A DNA stretch of 64,000 bases, taken from NCBI GenBank assembly GCA_965220505.1, contig CBDCQE010000001.1, positions 475,082-539,081 on the forward strand, given 5' to 3'. Below are positions 8,036-17,273 of this stretch, one piece after another; the stretch's first letter is position 1; each line of letters opens with the position of its first letter. This DNA comes from Dehalococcoidia bacterium. GTDB lineage: Bacteria; Chloroflexota; Dehalococcoidia; Lucifugimonadales; UBA3495. The notes beneath the pieces were generated by a model, which had not been told where the DNA came from, did not search any database, and was given only the letters and a program-made list of their open reading frames with translations. Position numbers and translations under genes: made by a program.

Positions 8036-9580
8036 ATGCGATACGACTATATCGTGGTGGGCGCCGGCTCGGCCGGATCGACCATTGCCACTCGCCTCTC
8101 CGAAGACCCGGACAAGAGCGTACTGCTACTGGAGGCGGGGCCGGACTACCCCGACTTCAACCACCTGCCGGATGACCTGAAACTGGGTAACAACGTTTTC
8201 TTTTCGGCCTATGGCCCGCACAGTTGGGCGTACAACGCCCGGGTGACGGCGCAACAGACCGACCTGGTGATCCCTAGAGGAAAGGCCACCGGAGGCTCCT
8301 CGGCCATCAACGGGCAGGTTCTGTATCGGGGCATCCCGGAGGACTACGACCGGTGGGCGGAATGGGGCAACGACGAGTGGGGCTACACCAGCGTGCTGCC
8401 GTTTTTCCGCCGGATGGAAAACGACCATGATTTCCAGGACGACTGGCACGGGACGGACGGCCCCATCCCGGTGCGGCGGTATCGCCGGGACGAATGGCTG
8501 CCGCACTCGGTGGCTTTCAAAGAGGCGGCATTGGCGCTGGGTTTCAACGATGATCCTGACCAGAATCACCCGGAATCGACGGGCGTGTCGCCGCGGGCGC
8601 GCAACACCCTGGACGGGGTCAGGATCAGCACCGCGCTGGCCTACCTGAATCTGGCGCGCCACCGGCTGAACTTCACGTTGCGGGCGAACGTGCAGGCCTG
8701 CCGGGTGGTATTCGACGGCACGCGGGCCGTGGGAGTTGAGGTGGAGAGCGGCGGGGAGCGGTTCGTCGTGGAGGGCGACCAAGTCGTGGTGAGCAGCGGG
8801 GCCATCGCGTCGCCGCAATTGCTGCTGTTGTCGGGCGTCGGGCCGGCGGACCACCTGCGCGAGGTTGGCATCCCGGTGGTGCACGAGTTGCCGGGGGTGG
8901 GCCAGAACCTGCGGGACCATCCCTCGGCGTGCGTGCTGTTCCGCGCTGCCGGGGATCGCCCGGACGTGCAGGCGGCGGCGATCCAGGTTGGCCTCAGGTA
9001 CACCGTTGAGGACTCGTACCTGCGCAACGACATGCAGATTTCGCCGCTGCTGATGACCTCGGAGCACCGGCCGGCGCAGGTGGTGATCGACGATGACGAA
9101 AACTACATCGGGATCAGCGCGAGCCTGCAACTGGCGCTGGGCAAGGGTGAGCTGAGGCTCAAGTCCAACGACCCGCTGGAGTACCCGTTCCTGGACTACA
9201 ACTACTACGAGGAGCCGTTTGACCTGGAGCGGATGCGCAAGGCCATTCGCACTTGCGTCGAGATCGGAGAGCACCCGTCCTACCGGGAAATCCTGCTGGA
9301 GCGGGTCAATCCGGTCGATGCCGATTTGACGTCGGACGGGGCGCTGGACGACTGGCTGATGCGAAACTCAGGCACGTCGCACCACGTTTCGGGGACGTGC
9401 AAGATGGGGCCGGCCAGCGACGGCATGGCCGTGGTGGATCAGCAGGGACGGATCCACGGATTGGAGAACATCCGGGTAGCGGACGCGTCCATCATGCCGG
9501 ACTGCATCCGGGCGAACACCAACGCGACCACGATCATGATTGGCGAGAAGGTGGCGGACTACATTCGCACGGGCAGATAA
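8036..9580 (+). CDS. GMC-family FAD oxidoreductase (choline dehydrogenase-like)
   Basis: 514 aa. N-terminal YDYIVVGAGSAGSTIATRLSED FAD fold, GGSSAINGQV, and C-terminal HHVSGTCKMG...VADASIMP motifs. AGGAGG RBS lies before ATG 8036. Confidence 0.9.
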   Translation: MRYDYIVVGAGSAGSTIATRLSEDPDKSVLLLEAGPDYPDFNHLPDDLKLGNNVFFSAYGPHSWAYNARVTAQQTDLVIPRGKATGGSSAINGQVLYRGIPEDYDRWAEWGNDEWGYTSVLPFFRRMENDHDFQDDWHGTDGPIPVRRYRRDEWLPHSVAFKEAALALGFNDDPDQNHPESTGVSPRARNTLDGVRISTALAYLNLARHRLNFTLRANVQACRVVFDGTRAVGVEVESGGERFVVEGDQVVVSSGAIASPQLLLLSGVGPADHLREVGIPVVHELPGVGQNLRDHPSACVLFRAAGDRPDVQAAAIQVGLRYTVEDSYLRNDMQISPLLMTSEHRPAQVVIDDDENYIGISASLQLALGKGELRLKSNDPLEYPFLDYNYYEEPFDLERMRKAIRTCVEIGEHPSYREILLERVNPVDADLTSDGALDDWLMRNSGTSHHVSGTCKMGPASDGMAVVDQQGRIHGLENIRVADASIMPDCIRANTNATTIMIGEKVADYIRTGR

Positions 9581-9584
9581 GTCG

Positions 9585-9603
9585 GCGCCCGTCTTACGGG
9601 CGC
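9585..9603 (+). terminator. hairpin after the GMC oxidoreductase gene
   Basis: gcgcccg-tctta-cgggcgc: 7-bp GC stem, 5 nt after the stop, with no clear T tract. Confidence 0.4.
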
Positions 9604-9619
9604 TGGAATAGAATCAATA

Positions 9620-9641
9620 GGGGCGACGCATGCGTCGCCCC
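9620..9641. terminator. perfect 22-nt palindrome between convergent genes (bidirectional terminator candidate)
   Basis: ggggcgacgcatgcgtcgcccc is self-complementary. It lies between the GMC gene (+) and the SMP-30 gene (-). Confidence 0.5.
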
Positions 9642-9662
9642 TTAAAGTCGCGGTGGCCGGGT

Positions 9663-10580
9663 TCAGACGACGCGGGGAACCGGTACGCCCGGGATGTTGA
9701 CGCGGACGCGGGAAAGTTCCTCGAAGGTGGTGATGTAGAGGGTCCGCCAGTCGCCACCGCCAAAGCCTACGTTGGTGGCCCGCTTGCCGTTGCCAAGGGC
9801 GATGGTTCCGAGATGGCGGCCATCGGAGGCGAGTATCCAGACGCCGCCGGGTCCGGTCACGTAGATGTTGCCCTCGAGGTCGCACTTCATGCCGTCAGGG
9901 ACGCCGGGTCGTTCGTCGGCGAGGACGCAGAGGAGGCGACCGTTTTCGATATTCCCGTCCGGGCGGACATCCCACGCCTTGATCAGGCCCACGCGGGAGT
10001 CGTTGACGTACAGGATGCTCTCGCCCGGCGAGAAGCAAAGGCCGTTGGGACCGACGTAGTCGTCGATGAGCAACGTGATGTCGCTGAGGTCCGGGGAGAC
10101 GCGGTACACACCGGCGTATCCCAACTCCATGCCGGGGTAGGTGTCGCGGTAAGGGTCCGTGAAGTAGATGGCGCCGTCGGATTTGACCACCAGGTCGTTG
10201 GGACGGTTGAGACGCTTGCCCTGGTAGTTGTCGGCGACGACGGTGATGCTGCCGTCGGCTTCCTGACGGGTGACACGGCGGGCGTCGTGCTCACAAGCCA
10301 GGAGGCGACCCTGGGTGTCGCGGGTCAAGCCGTTGGCCTCGTTGGTGCCGGCCTGGAATTCGGACAGGCCGTCGGCGTCGTTGTAGCGCATACGCCGGTT
10401 GCCGCCGATGTCGCTGAAGAGCAGGTAGCCACCCTCCTGGAACCAGACCGGGCCTTCGGCGGGCCACCAGGGTACTCCGAGGGCGGAGCCGTCGCCGCCA
10501 AAACCGCTGGCGAGCCATTGAACTTCCTGATCCAGATCGATGATCCGTTCCAGGCCTGGTGATACCTGCTCGATGGGCAT
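9663..10580 (-). CDS. SMP-30/gluconolactonase/LRE-family protein
   Basis: 305 aa. Beta-propeller signatures EGPVWFQEGGYLLFSDI, NGLTRDTQGRLLACEH, RPNDLVVKSDGAIYFTDP, PDGMKCDLEGNIYV. AAGGAG RBS. Confidence 0.85.
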   Translation of the reverse strand: MPIEQVSPGLERIIDLDQEVQWLASGFGGDGSALGVPWWPAEGPVWFQEGGYLLFSDIGGNRRMRYNDADGLSEFQAGTNEANGLTRDTQGRLLACEHDARRVTRQEADGSITVVADNYQGKRLNRPNDLVVKSDGAIYFTDPYRDTYPGMELGYAGVYRVSPDLSDITLLIDDYVGPNGLCFSPGESILYVNDSRVGLIKAWDVRPDGNIENGRLLCVLADERPGVPDGMKCDLEGNIYVTGPGGVWILASDGRHLGTIALGNGKRATNVGFGGGDWRTLYITTFEELSRVRVNIPGVPVPRVV

Positions 10581-10599
10581 GGTTGATACTCCTTGTTGA

Positions 10600-12441
10600 C
10601 TACCGGATGCCGGACAATGCTCGGTCGAGGTTGAACGCGCTGCTGATCAGGGCGAGATGGGTGAACGCCTGGGGGAAATTGCCGAGGCCCTCGCCGCTGG
10701 GGCCGGTTTCCTCGGAGTACAGGCCCAGGTGGTTGGCGTAGCCCAGCATTTTCTCGAACATGAGGCGGGCCTGGTCGAGCCGCCGGGGGTCGCCCCAGCC
10801 GGCGCGGGTAAGGGCCTCGACGAGCCAGAAAGTGCACATATTGAACGTGCCCTCGTGTCCGGTCAGCCCGTCGGCGAACTGCTCGTGGTTGTAGCGATAG
10901 ACGAGGCTGTCGGATACGAGCCCGCCCTGCTGGGGGCTGCGGTTGATGGCGTCGATGGTGCTCAGCATGCGGGGGTCGGTGGGCGACATGAAGAAGACCA
11001 ATGGCATGAGCAGGTTGGATGCGTCCAGCGAGTCGCTGCCGTAGTGCTGGACGAAGGCCTGGCGATCCTGGTTCCAGCCGCGGCTCTGGATCTCCTCGTA
11101 GATTTCGTCGCGGATGGAGATCCAGCGCTGGCGCTCGGAAGGGAAAGAGCGCAGTTCCGAAAGCTTCAGGGCGCGGTCGAGCATGACCCAGCACATCAAC
11201 TTGGAGTAGACGAACTGCTGCCGTCCGCCGCGGGTTTCCCAGATGCCCTCGTCAGCCAGGCGCCAGTTGTCGCAGACCCAGTTGGTCATCTGGCGGAGTT
11301 TGGTCCAGAAATCGAAGGATATGGGTTCGCCGTACCGGTTGAACAGGTAGACGGAGTCCATCAACTCGCCGTAGATGTCCAGTTGGAGCTGATCGTAGGC
11401 GCCGTTGCCGACGCGCACGGGCTTCGAGCCCCGGTAGCCGTCCAGGTGATCCAGGGTCACCTCGTTGAGGTTGCGGCGGCCGTCGATGCCGTAGAGGATC
11501 TGGATGTTGCTCCAGTTGCCGTCGAAGGGATCGATTTGAGCCTCCAGCCAGTGCATAAACTGGCTGGCCTCGTTGGTGAAGCCGATGCGGAGGAGGGCGT
11601 ACAGGGTGAAAGCGGCGTCGCGGATCCAGGTGTAGCGATAGTCCCAGTTGCGGACGCCTCCGAGCTCCTCCGGGAGGCTGCAAGTGGGCGCGGCGACGAT
11701 GGCGCCGGTGGGTTCGTAGGTGAGCAGCTTGAGGACCAGGGCGGACCGCTCGACCATCTCCCGCCACCGGCCCTTGTAGGTGCATTGGGACAGCCAGTTG
11801 CGCCAGTAGGAAACCGTTTCCTCGAACAGAGCGTTGCTCTCGCGTTCGGACGGCGGATGGTAGTCCACGGACTCGTCCCCCATGATGCCGATGGAAAAAG
11901 TGGAGGACTGGCCTTCGTTGAGGACGAAGGCGCCGAGGACGCCGCCTTCGTGCTGTTCCAGGAGGATATCGGTGGACAGCTGTAAGCCCAGTTCGTTGGA
12001 GATGAACGCCGCCCCATTCTCGTTCATCTCGACCCGGTGCTTGTCCCGTGCGTAGTTGAATGCGGGATAGCACTCCAGGAAGAAGGGGACGACGCCCCGG
12101 ACGCAATTGACCCGTCGGATCAATTCGGTGTGGCGATGCGGGTGTTCCGGTGACGACACCGGCATGAAGTCGATGACTTCGGCGACGCCGTTTTCGGCCA
12201 GGAATCGGGTGATCAACACGTTGGTGTCGGGCCAGTACACCTGCCGCTGGACAGGCGGCGCGTCCAGCAGTGGAGCGATCCTGAAATAGCCGCCCTTCTT
12301 GTCGTCCAGGATTGCGCCAAAAACGCTGGGGGAATCGAAGTCGGGGCAGCAGAACCAGTCCACGGACGCATTGACGCCGATGAGGGCACAGGTCCGCATG
12401 TTGCCGACGATTCCGTATTCTTCTATCGGCAGATAGGCCAT
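10600..12441 (-). CDS. glycoside hydrolase family 15 (glucoamylase/trehalase-like)
   Basis: 613 aa. N-terminal [33 protein letters not shown] and catalytic-domain motifs [36 protein letters not shown]... typical of bacterial GH15. Confidence 0.85.
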   Translation of the reverse strand: MAYLPIEEYGIVGNMRTCALIGVNASVDWFCCPDFDSPSVFGAILDDKKGGYFRIAPLLDAPPVQRQVYWPDTNVLITRFLAENGVAEVIDFMPVSSPEHPHRHTELIRRVNCVRGVVPFFLECYPAFNYARDKHRVEMNENGAAFISNELGLQLSTDILLEQHEGGVLGAFVLNEGQSSTFSIGIMGDESVDYHPPSERESNALFEETVSYWRNWLSQCTYKGRWREMVERSALVLKLLTYEPTGAIVAAPTCSLPEELGGVRNWDYRYTWIRDAAFTLYALLRIGFTNEASQFMHWLEAQIDPFDGNWSNIQILYGIDGRRNLNEVTLDHLDGYRGSKPVRVGNGAYDQLQLDIYGELMDSVYLFNRYGEPISFDFWTKLRQMTNWVCDNWRLADEGIWETRGGRQQFVYSKLMCWVMLDRALKLSELRSFPSERQRWISIRDEIYEEIQSRGWNQDRQAFVQHYGSDSLDASNLLMPLVFFMSPTDPRMLSTIDAINRSPQQGGLVSDSLVYRYNHEQFADGLTGHEGTFNMCTFWLVEALTRAGWGDPRRLDQARLMFEKMLGYANHLGLYSEETGPSGEGLGNFPQAFTHLALISSAFNLDRALSGIR

Positions 12442-12462
12442 GAGGTCGGCCCTCGGCGTCGA

Positions 12463-13077
12463 TTATCCCGACGGGGTTTCCAGCGTGGCTACGCTGAATA
12501 CCACTCGGAACGGGTTGCAGTATATGACCACGCTCTGGACATCGGCCAGCGATACGCTGGACGGTATGTCATAGTTTTGCGAGCCGACGTTGCCCTTCAA
12601 CTTGCCCAACTCAACGTAGCCCGCGTCATCGAGATCGGAATGGCTCTCCGGGTTGGGGGAGTTGGCCAGCAGGACGCGCAGGTCCGGCCCGTTGGTGACG
12701 CGGAAGTCCTCCAGCCTCAGCACGTTCCCCCCGGCTGAGCCGAGGTCATAAACGGTAGCAGTGCCGGAGCCCTTGTGGAAGGAGTCGGCGTCGCGGAACT
12801 GGCCCATGAGGCCGGCCTGCGGTTGGGTTTCGGTGCCGGCGGAGCTCGAAGAGTCGGGCATAGCTTCGTCGACCGGACGCTCCATGTTGGCCGCCGCGGC
12901 CATGGCGTCCTCGACTTCGGCCATGGTCATGTTGTCGGGGACGACGGCCTGGTGGGCCAGGGGGAATTCCTCGTGAACTTCCATAGTGATGAACAGTGGA
13001 CTGAGGAGCCACCAGGCCAGCCAAGCCACGGGGATGATGATGAGTATTCCAAGTCCGATCAATAGGTATCGAAGCAT
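12463..13077 (-). CDS. DM13 domain-containing membrane-anchored protein
   Basis: 204 aa. N-terminal TM helix, then GQFRDADSFHKGSGTATVY...LRLEDFRVTNGPDLRVLL...LGKLKGNVGSQNYDIP...VVIYCNPFRVVF, the DM13 pattern. Confidence 0.75.
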   Translation of the reverse strand: MLRYLLIGLGILIIIPVAWLAWWLLSPLFITMEVHEEFPLAHQAVVPDNMTMAEVEDAMAAAANMERPVDEAMPDSSSSAGTETQPQAGLMGQFRDADSFHKGSGTATVYDLGSAGGNVLRLEDFRVTNGPDLRVLLANSPNPESHSDLDDAGYVELGKLKGNVGSQNYDIPSSVSLADVQSVVIYCNPFRVVFSVATLETPSG

Positions 13078-13113
13078 TATCGCGCTCCATTCGTTGGGAC
13101 AGGTTATGAAAGA

Positions 13114-13953
13114 TCAGGACAGAGTACCCCTCAATCTGGACAGGGCATTCCTGACGGTCTCGATATCGTCGGCATGGGGTGCTGCTTCTATATACGCGGC
13201 GAAGTCGTCGGCAGATTGTTGATGATTGCCGGCCTTGAGGTGCACCACGCCACGGTCGCGTTGCTCTTCGGGCCGGTCGGGCAGGACGGCCATGAGCGCG
13301 CCGATGGTGGTGATGCACCGGTCAAACTCCTCGCGGTCCCAGTAGATCGCCTTCAGGTTACGAAGGATCCGGGCCAGGATTTCCCGCGGGGTCACCGGAT
13401 CCAGGTGGCGTTCCTCCAGGCGGGCGTCCTCGCCGGCGGCCTGCCGCAGAACGGCGCCGCATTCGTCGCGGTTCATCAGCAGACCGCCGTTGAAAGCGTC
13501 CACGAAATAGTTATCTTCGTCGCGGTGGCGGACGAGGAAGTGGCCCGGCATGCCGATGCCCAGCACCGGAACGCCGGCGCGGCGCCCAACCTCGATGCAC
13601 AGCAGCGACAGCGTGATGGGTATACCCAGACGACGCTGCAACACCTGGTGCAGGTAGGAATTGTTGGGGTCGTAATAATCGTCCCGGTTGCCGGAGAACC
13701 CGATGACACCGAAGAGCAGGTCGGTGATAGCGTTCAGTTCCTCAAGAGCGCCGGCTCCGGCCGGTATGCGACCCCGCGCGGCTTCGGCCATGCGGTCCAG
13801 GTTGGCGCATGAGCCCTCGACGTCCACGTTGGGGTCGTCGGTGCACGCGACCAGGAGAGCGCCGGTAGCGAGGTCAAAATCCCCGTCGACGGCGTCAGCC
13901 GACTCCGAGGCAACAAGCCGTTGCAGTTCCAGGATGGCGTCTGCCGCAAACAT
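13114..13953 (-). CDS. SirB1/transglutaminase-like plus TPR family protein
   Basis: 279 aa. YYDPNNSYLHQVLQRRLGIPITLSLLCIEVGRRAGVPVLGIGMPGHFLVRH is the conserved SirB1 (UPF0162) core. The C-terminal region is TPR-like. Confidence 0.75.
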   Translation of the reverse strand: MFAADAILELQRLVASESADAVDGDFDLATGALLVACTDDPNVDVEGSCANLDRMAEAARGRIPAGAGALEELNAITDLLFGVIGFSGNRDDYYDPNNSYLHQVLQRRLGIPITLSLLCIEVGRRAGVPVLGIGMPGHFLVRHRDEDNYFVDAFNGGLLMNRDECGAVLRQAAGEDARLEERHLDPVTPREILARILRNLKAIYWDREEFDRCITTIGALMAVLPDRPEEQRDRGVVHLKAGNHQQSADDFAAYIEAAPHADDIETVRNALSRLRGTLS

Positions 13954-13977
13954 AAACTGCTCCCACTGGAGGCGGGG

Positions 13978-14250
13978 CTATACGCCGATGCCGGCCGAGC
14001 GGCGGCGGCGAAATTCGGCGGCGGTAACGTCCTCCACCGGGGGATTGCCGGGATAGCTGGCCTGTTCGGCTACGACCGCTTCCTCGCGCTCCGCGATGTC
14101 GCGGACTTCGCGGGTTTCCTTCCCGCAGTGGTCGCACCAGGTCAGGTCGTTGGTCATCAGTCGCATGTTGTCTTTCTTGACCGTCATGGTGCCGAATTCC
14201 CCGGAACAGCCGGCGCAACGACGGATGATGGTGACATCGGTAATCGGCAA
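13978..14250 (-). CDS. small zinc-ribbon protein (hypothetical)
   Basis: 90 aa with CAGC...CDHC pairs. It is tightly packed upstream of the SirB1-like gene on the same strand. Confidence 0.5.
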   Translation of the reverse strand: MPITDVTIIRRCAGCSGEFGTMTVKKDNMRLMTNDLTWCDHCGKETREVRDIAEREEAVVAEQASYPGNPPVEDVTAAEFRRRRSAGIGV

Positions 14251-14388
14251 AACCGTTCCCTCCCTGTACTACCGATCGATTTGACGGGTTGGCGCTGCGG
14301 GCTGCCTTGACCTCCGCGGCGCTTGGATCAACAGATACCCCGCCAGTGGGCCGAGGTTCGGCTCAGCGGGGCGGACGGCGTCAAAGGG

Positions 14389-15147
14389 TCAGCGGGCCGT
14401 GAAGCCGCCGTCGACCACCAACTCGGCGCCGGTGATGTACGAGGCGTCGTCGCTGGCCAGGAACAGCACGGCGTTGGCGACCTCCTCCTGCCGGCCCTCG
14501 CGGCCCATCGGCACCTGTTCTTCGATCATGGAGCGGCGGCCTTCCCGGACATCGTCCGTGGAGATGTTGCCCATCATGGGCGGCATGTACCCGGGATGGA
14601 CGGAGTTGACCCTGATGTTCTCGGTCCCGTAGCGGACCGCCATGGCCTTGGTGAAGATACGGACTGAGCCCTTGGACGCATTGTAGGCGGGGTGTCCGCT
14701 GAGCATGCCCACCAGTCCGGCGATGGACGAGATATTCACGATGGACCCACCGCCGTTCTGCCGCATCTGCCCGATGGCGTGCTTGGTGCCGAGGAAAACG
14801 CCCGTGGAGTTGATGTCCATGATGCGCGACCAGGCCTCGAGGCTGTCGTCGTCCGGAACCGCACGGCTGCTGATGCCGGCGTTGTTGACCAGGATGTCCA
14901 GGCGGCCGAAACGGGACACGGCCTGGGCGACCACGTTAGCCCACGTATCCTCGCTGGTCACGTCGGTGTGGACGAACACGCTCTCTCCGCCGGCCTCGTT
15001 GATTTCGGCTTCGACCTGGCGGCCGTCGTCGTCGCGGATGTCGGCGATGATTACTTTCGCGCCTTCGCGAGCGAACAGGCGGGACTCCACGGCACCCATG
15101 CCGTGCGCGCCGCCGCTGACGATGGCGACCTTGCCTTCCAATCGCAT
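14389..15147 (-). CDS. SDR-family oxidoreductase (classical short-chain dehydrogenase)
   Basis: 252 aa. TGGAHGMG-type glycine motif (VSGGAHGMG), NNAGI, and catalytic S...YNASK. It is a paralog of 58439..59188. Confidence 0.9.
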   Translation of the reverse strand: MRLEGKVAIVSGGAHGMGAVESRLFAREGAKVIIADIRDDDGRQVEAEINEAGGESVFVHTDVTSEDTWANVVAQAVSRFGRLDILVNNAGISSRAVPDDDSLEAWSRIMDINSTGVFLGTKHAIGQMRQNGGGSIVNISSIAGLVGMLSGHPAYNASKGSVRIFTKAMAVRYGTENIRVNSVHPGYMPPMMGNISTDDVREGRRSMIEEQVPMGREGRQEEVANAVLFLASDDASYITGAELVVDGGFTAR

Positions 15148-15309
15148 TGCTTCATCTCCGGGGATCCCGTTGTCAATGGCGCCGGGTTTGCCCCACGGTG
15201 GTCGGGTTCGGGCACAGGATAACCGCCGGACGCCTGGCGTTCAACCTTGATGGGGTGGGTGTATGCTGTTAGTGGCGAGCGGTTCCACTACCGGAGTTAC
15301 GCTCCGACA

Positions 15310-15843
15310 ATGCGGAGAGGCATGTACCAAGCGGCGGTATTCATTCACCTGGCGTCGGCGATCGTATGGATCGGCGGGAGCCTGTTCCTGGCGCTGGTGC
15401 TGATCCCGGTGATGCGGCGGTACGCGCCGGCGCCGGGAAACCCGCCAGTATTGCCGCCCGACATGCTGGGCAGCATGGCGCGGCGGTTCCGGTGGATCTC
15501 GTGGGTGTGCATCGTGCTGCTGGTGGCGACGGGCCTTTACATCCTGCCGACCCGGTACGGCATCGGATTTGGGGACTTTTTTAGCCTGGGCGGGCACTTC
15601 GTGGCCACATTGCAGGTGAAAGTGGCCCTGGTGGCAGTGGTGATCTGGCTCAGCGCGATCCACGACTTCATCATCGGGCCGTACACCAACCGGCTGATCG
15701 AGGCGATGCAGGCCGGCGAAGAACCGCCGGGATACCTGCCGCTGCTACGCCGGTCGGTGGTATGGATTGCGCGGATCAACGTGCTGCTGACCATCCTCGT
15801 GGTGGTGGTCGCCGTGACAATGACCCGGGGCACGCCGGTTTAG
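15310..15843 (+). CDS. integral membrane protein, CopD-like (about 4 TM); start uncertain
   Basis: Hydrophobic ORF 15247..15843. ATG 15310 gives MRRGMYQAAVFIHLASAIVWIGGSLFLALVLIPV... It ends 15 nt upstream of the Moco-domain gene. Confidence 0.6.
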   Translation: MRRGMYQAAVFIHLASAIVWIGGSLFLALVLIPVMRRYAPAPGNPPVLPPDMLGSMARRFRWISWVCIVLLVATGLYILPTRYGIGFGDFFSLGGHFVATLQVKVALVAVVIWLSAIHDFIIGPYTNRLIEAMQAGEEPPGYLPLLRRSVVWIARINVLLTILVVVVAVTMTRGTPV

Positions 15844-15858
15844 GCTGGAGGACCGATA

Positions 15859-16374
15859 ATGACGCGACCTGAACGAGACGCCGTTTTCAACTACCTGCCG
15901 GTGTTCGACAACCACCACGGGCGTCCGGAAGTCTGGCCCGGCCTGCGGGTGGAAGGATTGGTGGAGCGGCCCACGGTGTTCAGCGCGGCGGAGTTGGTGG
16001 AGTTGACGCGCCAAACCATTGTTGACGACTTCCAATGCGTTGACGGCTGGTCGGCGCCGGGCCAGGAATGGGAAGGGGTTCCGCTGGCGGTGTTGCTGGA
16101 CATAGTGAGGCCGCTGCCGGCCGCGCGGTTCGCGGCGATTGCCGCGATGGATTTCAGCGTCGGCGTGGCGTTGGAGGATCCTGCGGGGGTTCTGCTGGCG
16201 ACCCGGCTGAACGGCGTCGATTTGCCGGAGGAGCACGGCGGTCCGTGCCGGCTGGTAAGCGTCGGGCAGGCTTGCTACGCCAGCGTAAAGTGGGTGGACA
16301 GCATCACGTTGACTGATTCGGTTCCGGAAGAGACGGCGCGGGAAATTGCGATGGCGCGGAATGCCGGTGGGTGA
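15859..16374 (+). CDS. short molybdopterin-binding oxidoreductase domain protein (sulfite-oxidase family)
   Basis: 171 aa. DDFQCVDGWSAPGQEWEGVPLAVLL and GGPCRLVSVGQACYASVKWV resemble the Oxidored_molyb domain of the YedY/SO family. GGAGGA RBS. Confidence 0.75.
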   Translation: MTRPERDAVFNYLPVFDNHHGRPEVWPGLRVEGLVERPTVFSAAELVELTRQTIVDDFQCVDGWSAPGQEWEGVPLAVLLDIVRPLPAARFAAIAAMDFSVGVALEDPAGVLLATRLNGVDLPEEHGGPCRLVSVGQACYASVKWVDSITLTDSVPEETAREIAMARNAGG

Positions 16375-16452
16375 ATCTGCGGCAGTCTGTCAGTGTTGAT
16401 AATCGATATTGCAAGGAATACACGCTTCCCGCGGTGGCGGAATTCTCAAGAG

Positions 16453-16473
16453 CCGCTTCACCGGCGGAAGCGG
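16453..16473. terminator. hairpin between convergent genes
   Basis: ccgcttc-accggcg-gaagcgg: 7-bp stem between the Moco-domain gene (+) and the response regulator (-). Confidence 0.35.
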
Positions 16474-16490
16474 TCGGTGCGAGGGAGGCC

Positions 16491-16517
16491 TGGATACCGG
16501 CTTTCGCCAGTATGACG
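16491..16517 (+). repeat. REP-like 27-nt element, copy E (degenerate)
   Basis: tggataccggctttcgccagtatgacg aligns to the same consensus as the other copies, with one stem mismatch. Confidence 0.5.
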
Positions 16518-16547
16518 GAGCGAGTGTCCGATGTGGCGGATCAGGTG

Positions 16548-17273
16548 TCAGCGGTCGAGGTCGCGGAAACGGTAGCCCAGGCCGCGTTCGCTGAGGATAT
16601 ATTCGGGGTTGCGTGGGTCGCGTTCCAGCTTCTGGCGCAGGTAGGTGACGTAGGTTCGGACGTACTGGTGCTCCCCCTTGTACTCGGGACCCCACACTCG
16701 TTCGAGTAGTGTGTCGTGGCTGAGCAACTGGCCCGGGTTGCTGACCAGTTGGTACAGCAGGCGGTATTCGGTGGGGCGGAGGCGCATTTCCTCACCGCCG
16801 GCGGTGACGCGGCTCTGGTCAAAGTTGATGGTCAGCCAGTCATCGACGACGACTTCCTGCAGGCGGGGCGGTTCGGCGGCTTCGATCATTGACAAATCCG
16901 CGCGGCGGAACAGGGCGCGAATCCGTGAGGCCAATTCCCGGGGGCTGAAGGGCTTGGTGATGTAGTCGTCGGCTCCGAGGTCCAGACCGGCCACGCGGTC
17001 GGCCTCGTCGCCCCGGACGGTGACGAAGATGACCGGCACCGAAGACTCGGACCGGATGCGGCGCAGGGTCTCGAACCCGTCCATTTCGGGCATCATCACG
17101 TCGAGCACGACGAGATCCACGGGCTGGCCGGCGTCCAGGGTTTCCAGGGCTCGGGCTCCGTTTTCGGCGGTTACGACGTTGTAGCCCTCGACTTCGAGGT
17201 TCATGGCGGTGAAGCGGACGATGTGCGGCTCGTCGTCCACGACCATGATGGTGCGCTTTTCGGAGGCGGTCAT
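16548..17273 (-). CDS. OmpR/PhoB-family response regulator
   Basis: 241 aa. Receiver domain (MVVDDEP...DLVVLDVMMPEMDG) plus winged-helix output (RLRPTEYRLLYQLV...GLGYRF). Confidence 0.92.
   Translation of the reverse strand: MTASEKRTIMVVDDEPHIVRFTAMNLEVEGYNVVTAENGARALETLDAGQPVDLVVLDVMMPEMDGFETLRRIRSESSVPVIFVTVRGDEADRVAGLDLGADDYITKPFSPRELASRIRALFRRADLSMIEAAEPPRLQEVVVDDWLTINFDQSRVTAGGEEMRLRPTEYRLLYQLVSNPGQLLSHDTLLERVWGPEYKGEHQYVRTYVTYLRQKLERDPRNPEYILSERGLGYRFRDLDR

Noticed and set aside
7578-8180. ORFs 7578-7919 (113 aa) and 7950-8180 (76 aa) in the dprA / GMC spacer
   Set aside because: They read straight through the inverted-repeat element and the REP-like hairpin (DSGESRSDEMT..). They lack RBSs, and the second overlaps the well-supported GMC start. 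They are translation artefacts of repeats.
14389-15147. SDR genes 14389-15147 and 58439-59188 as a recent segmental duplication
   Set aside because: They are clearly paralogous at the protein level, but nucleotide identity at the aligned 3' ends is only roughly three-quarters and the flanks are unrelated. This is an old paralog pair, not a repeat.
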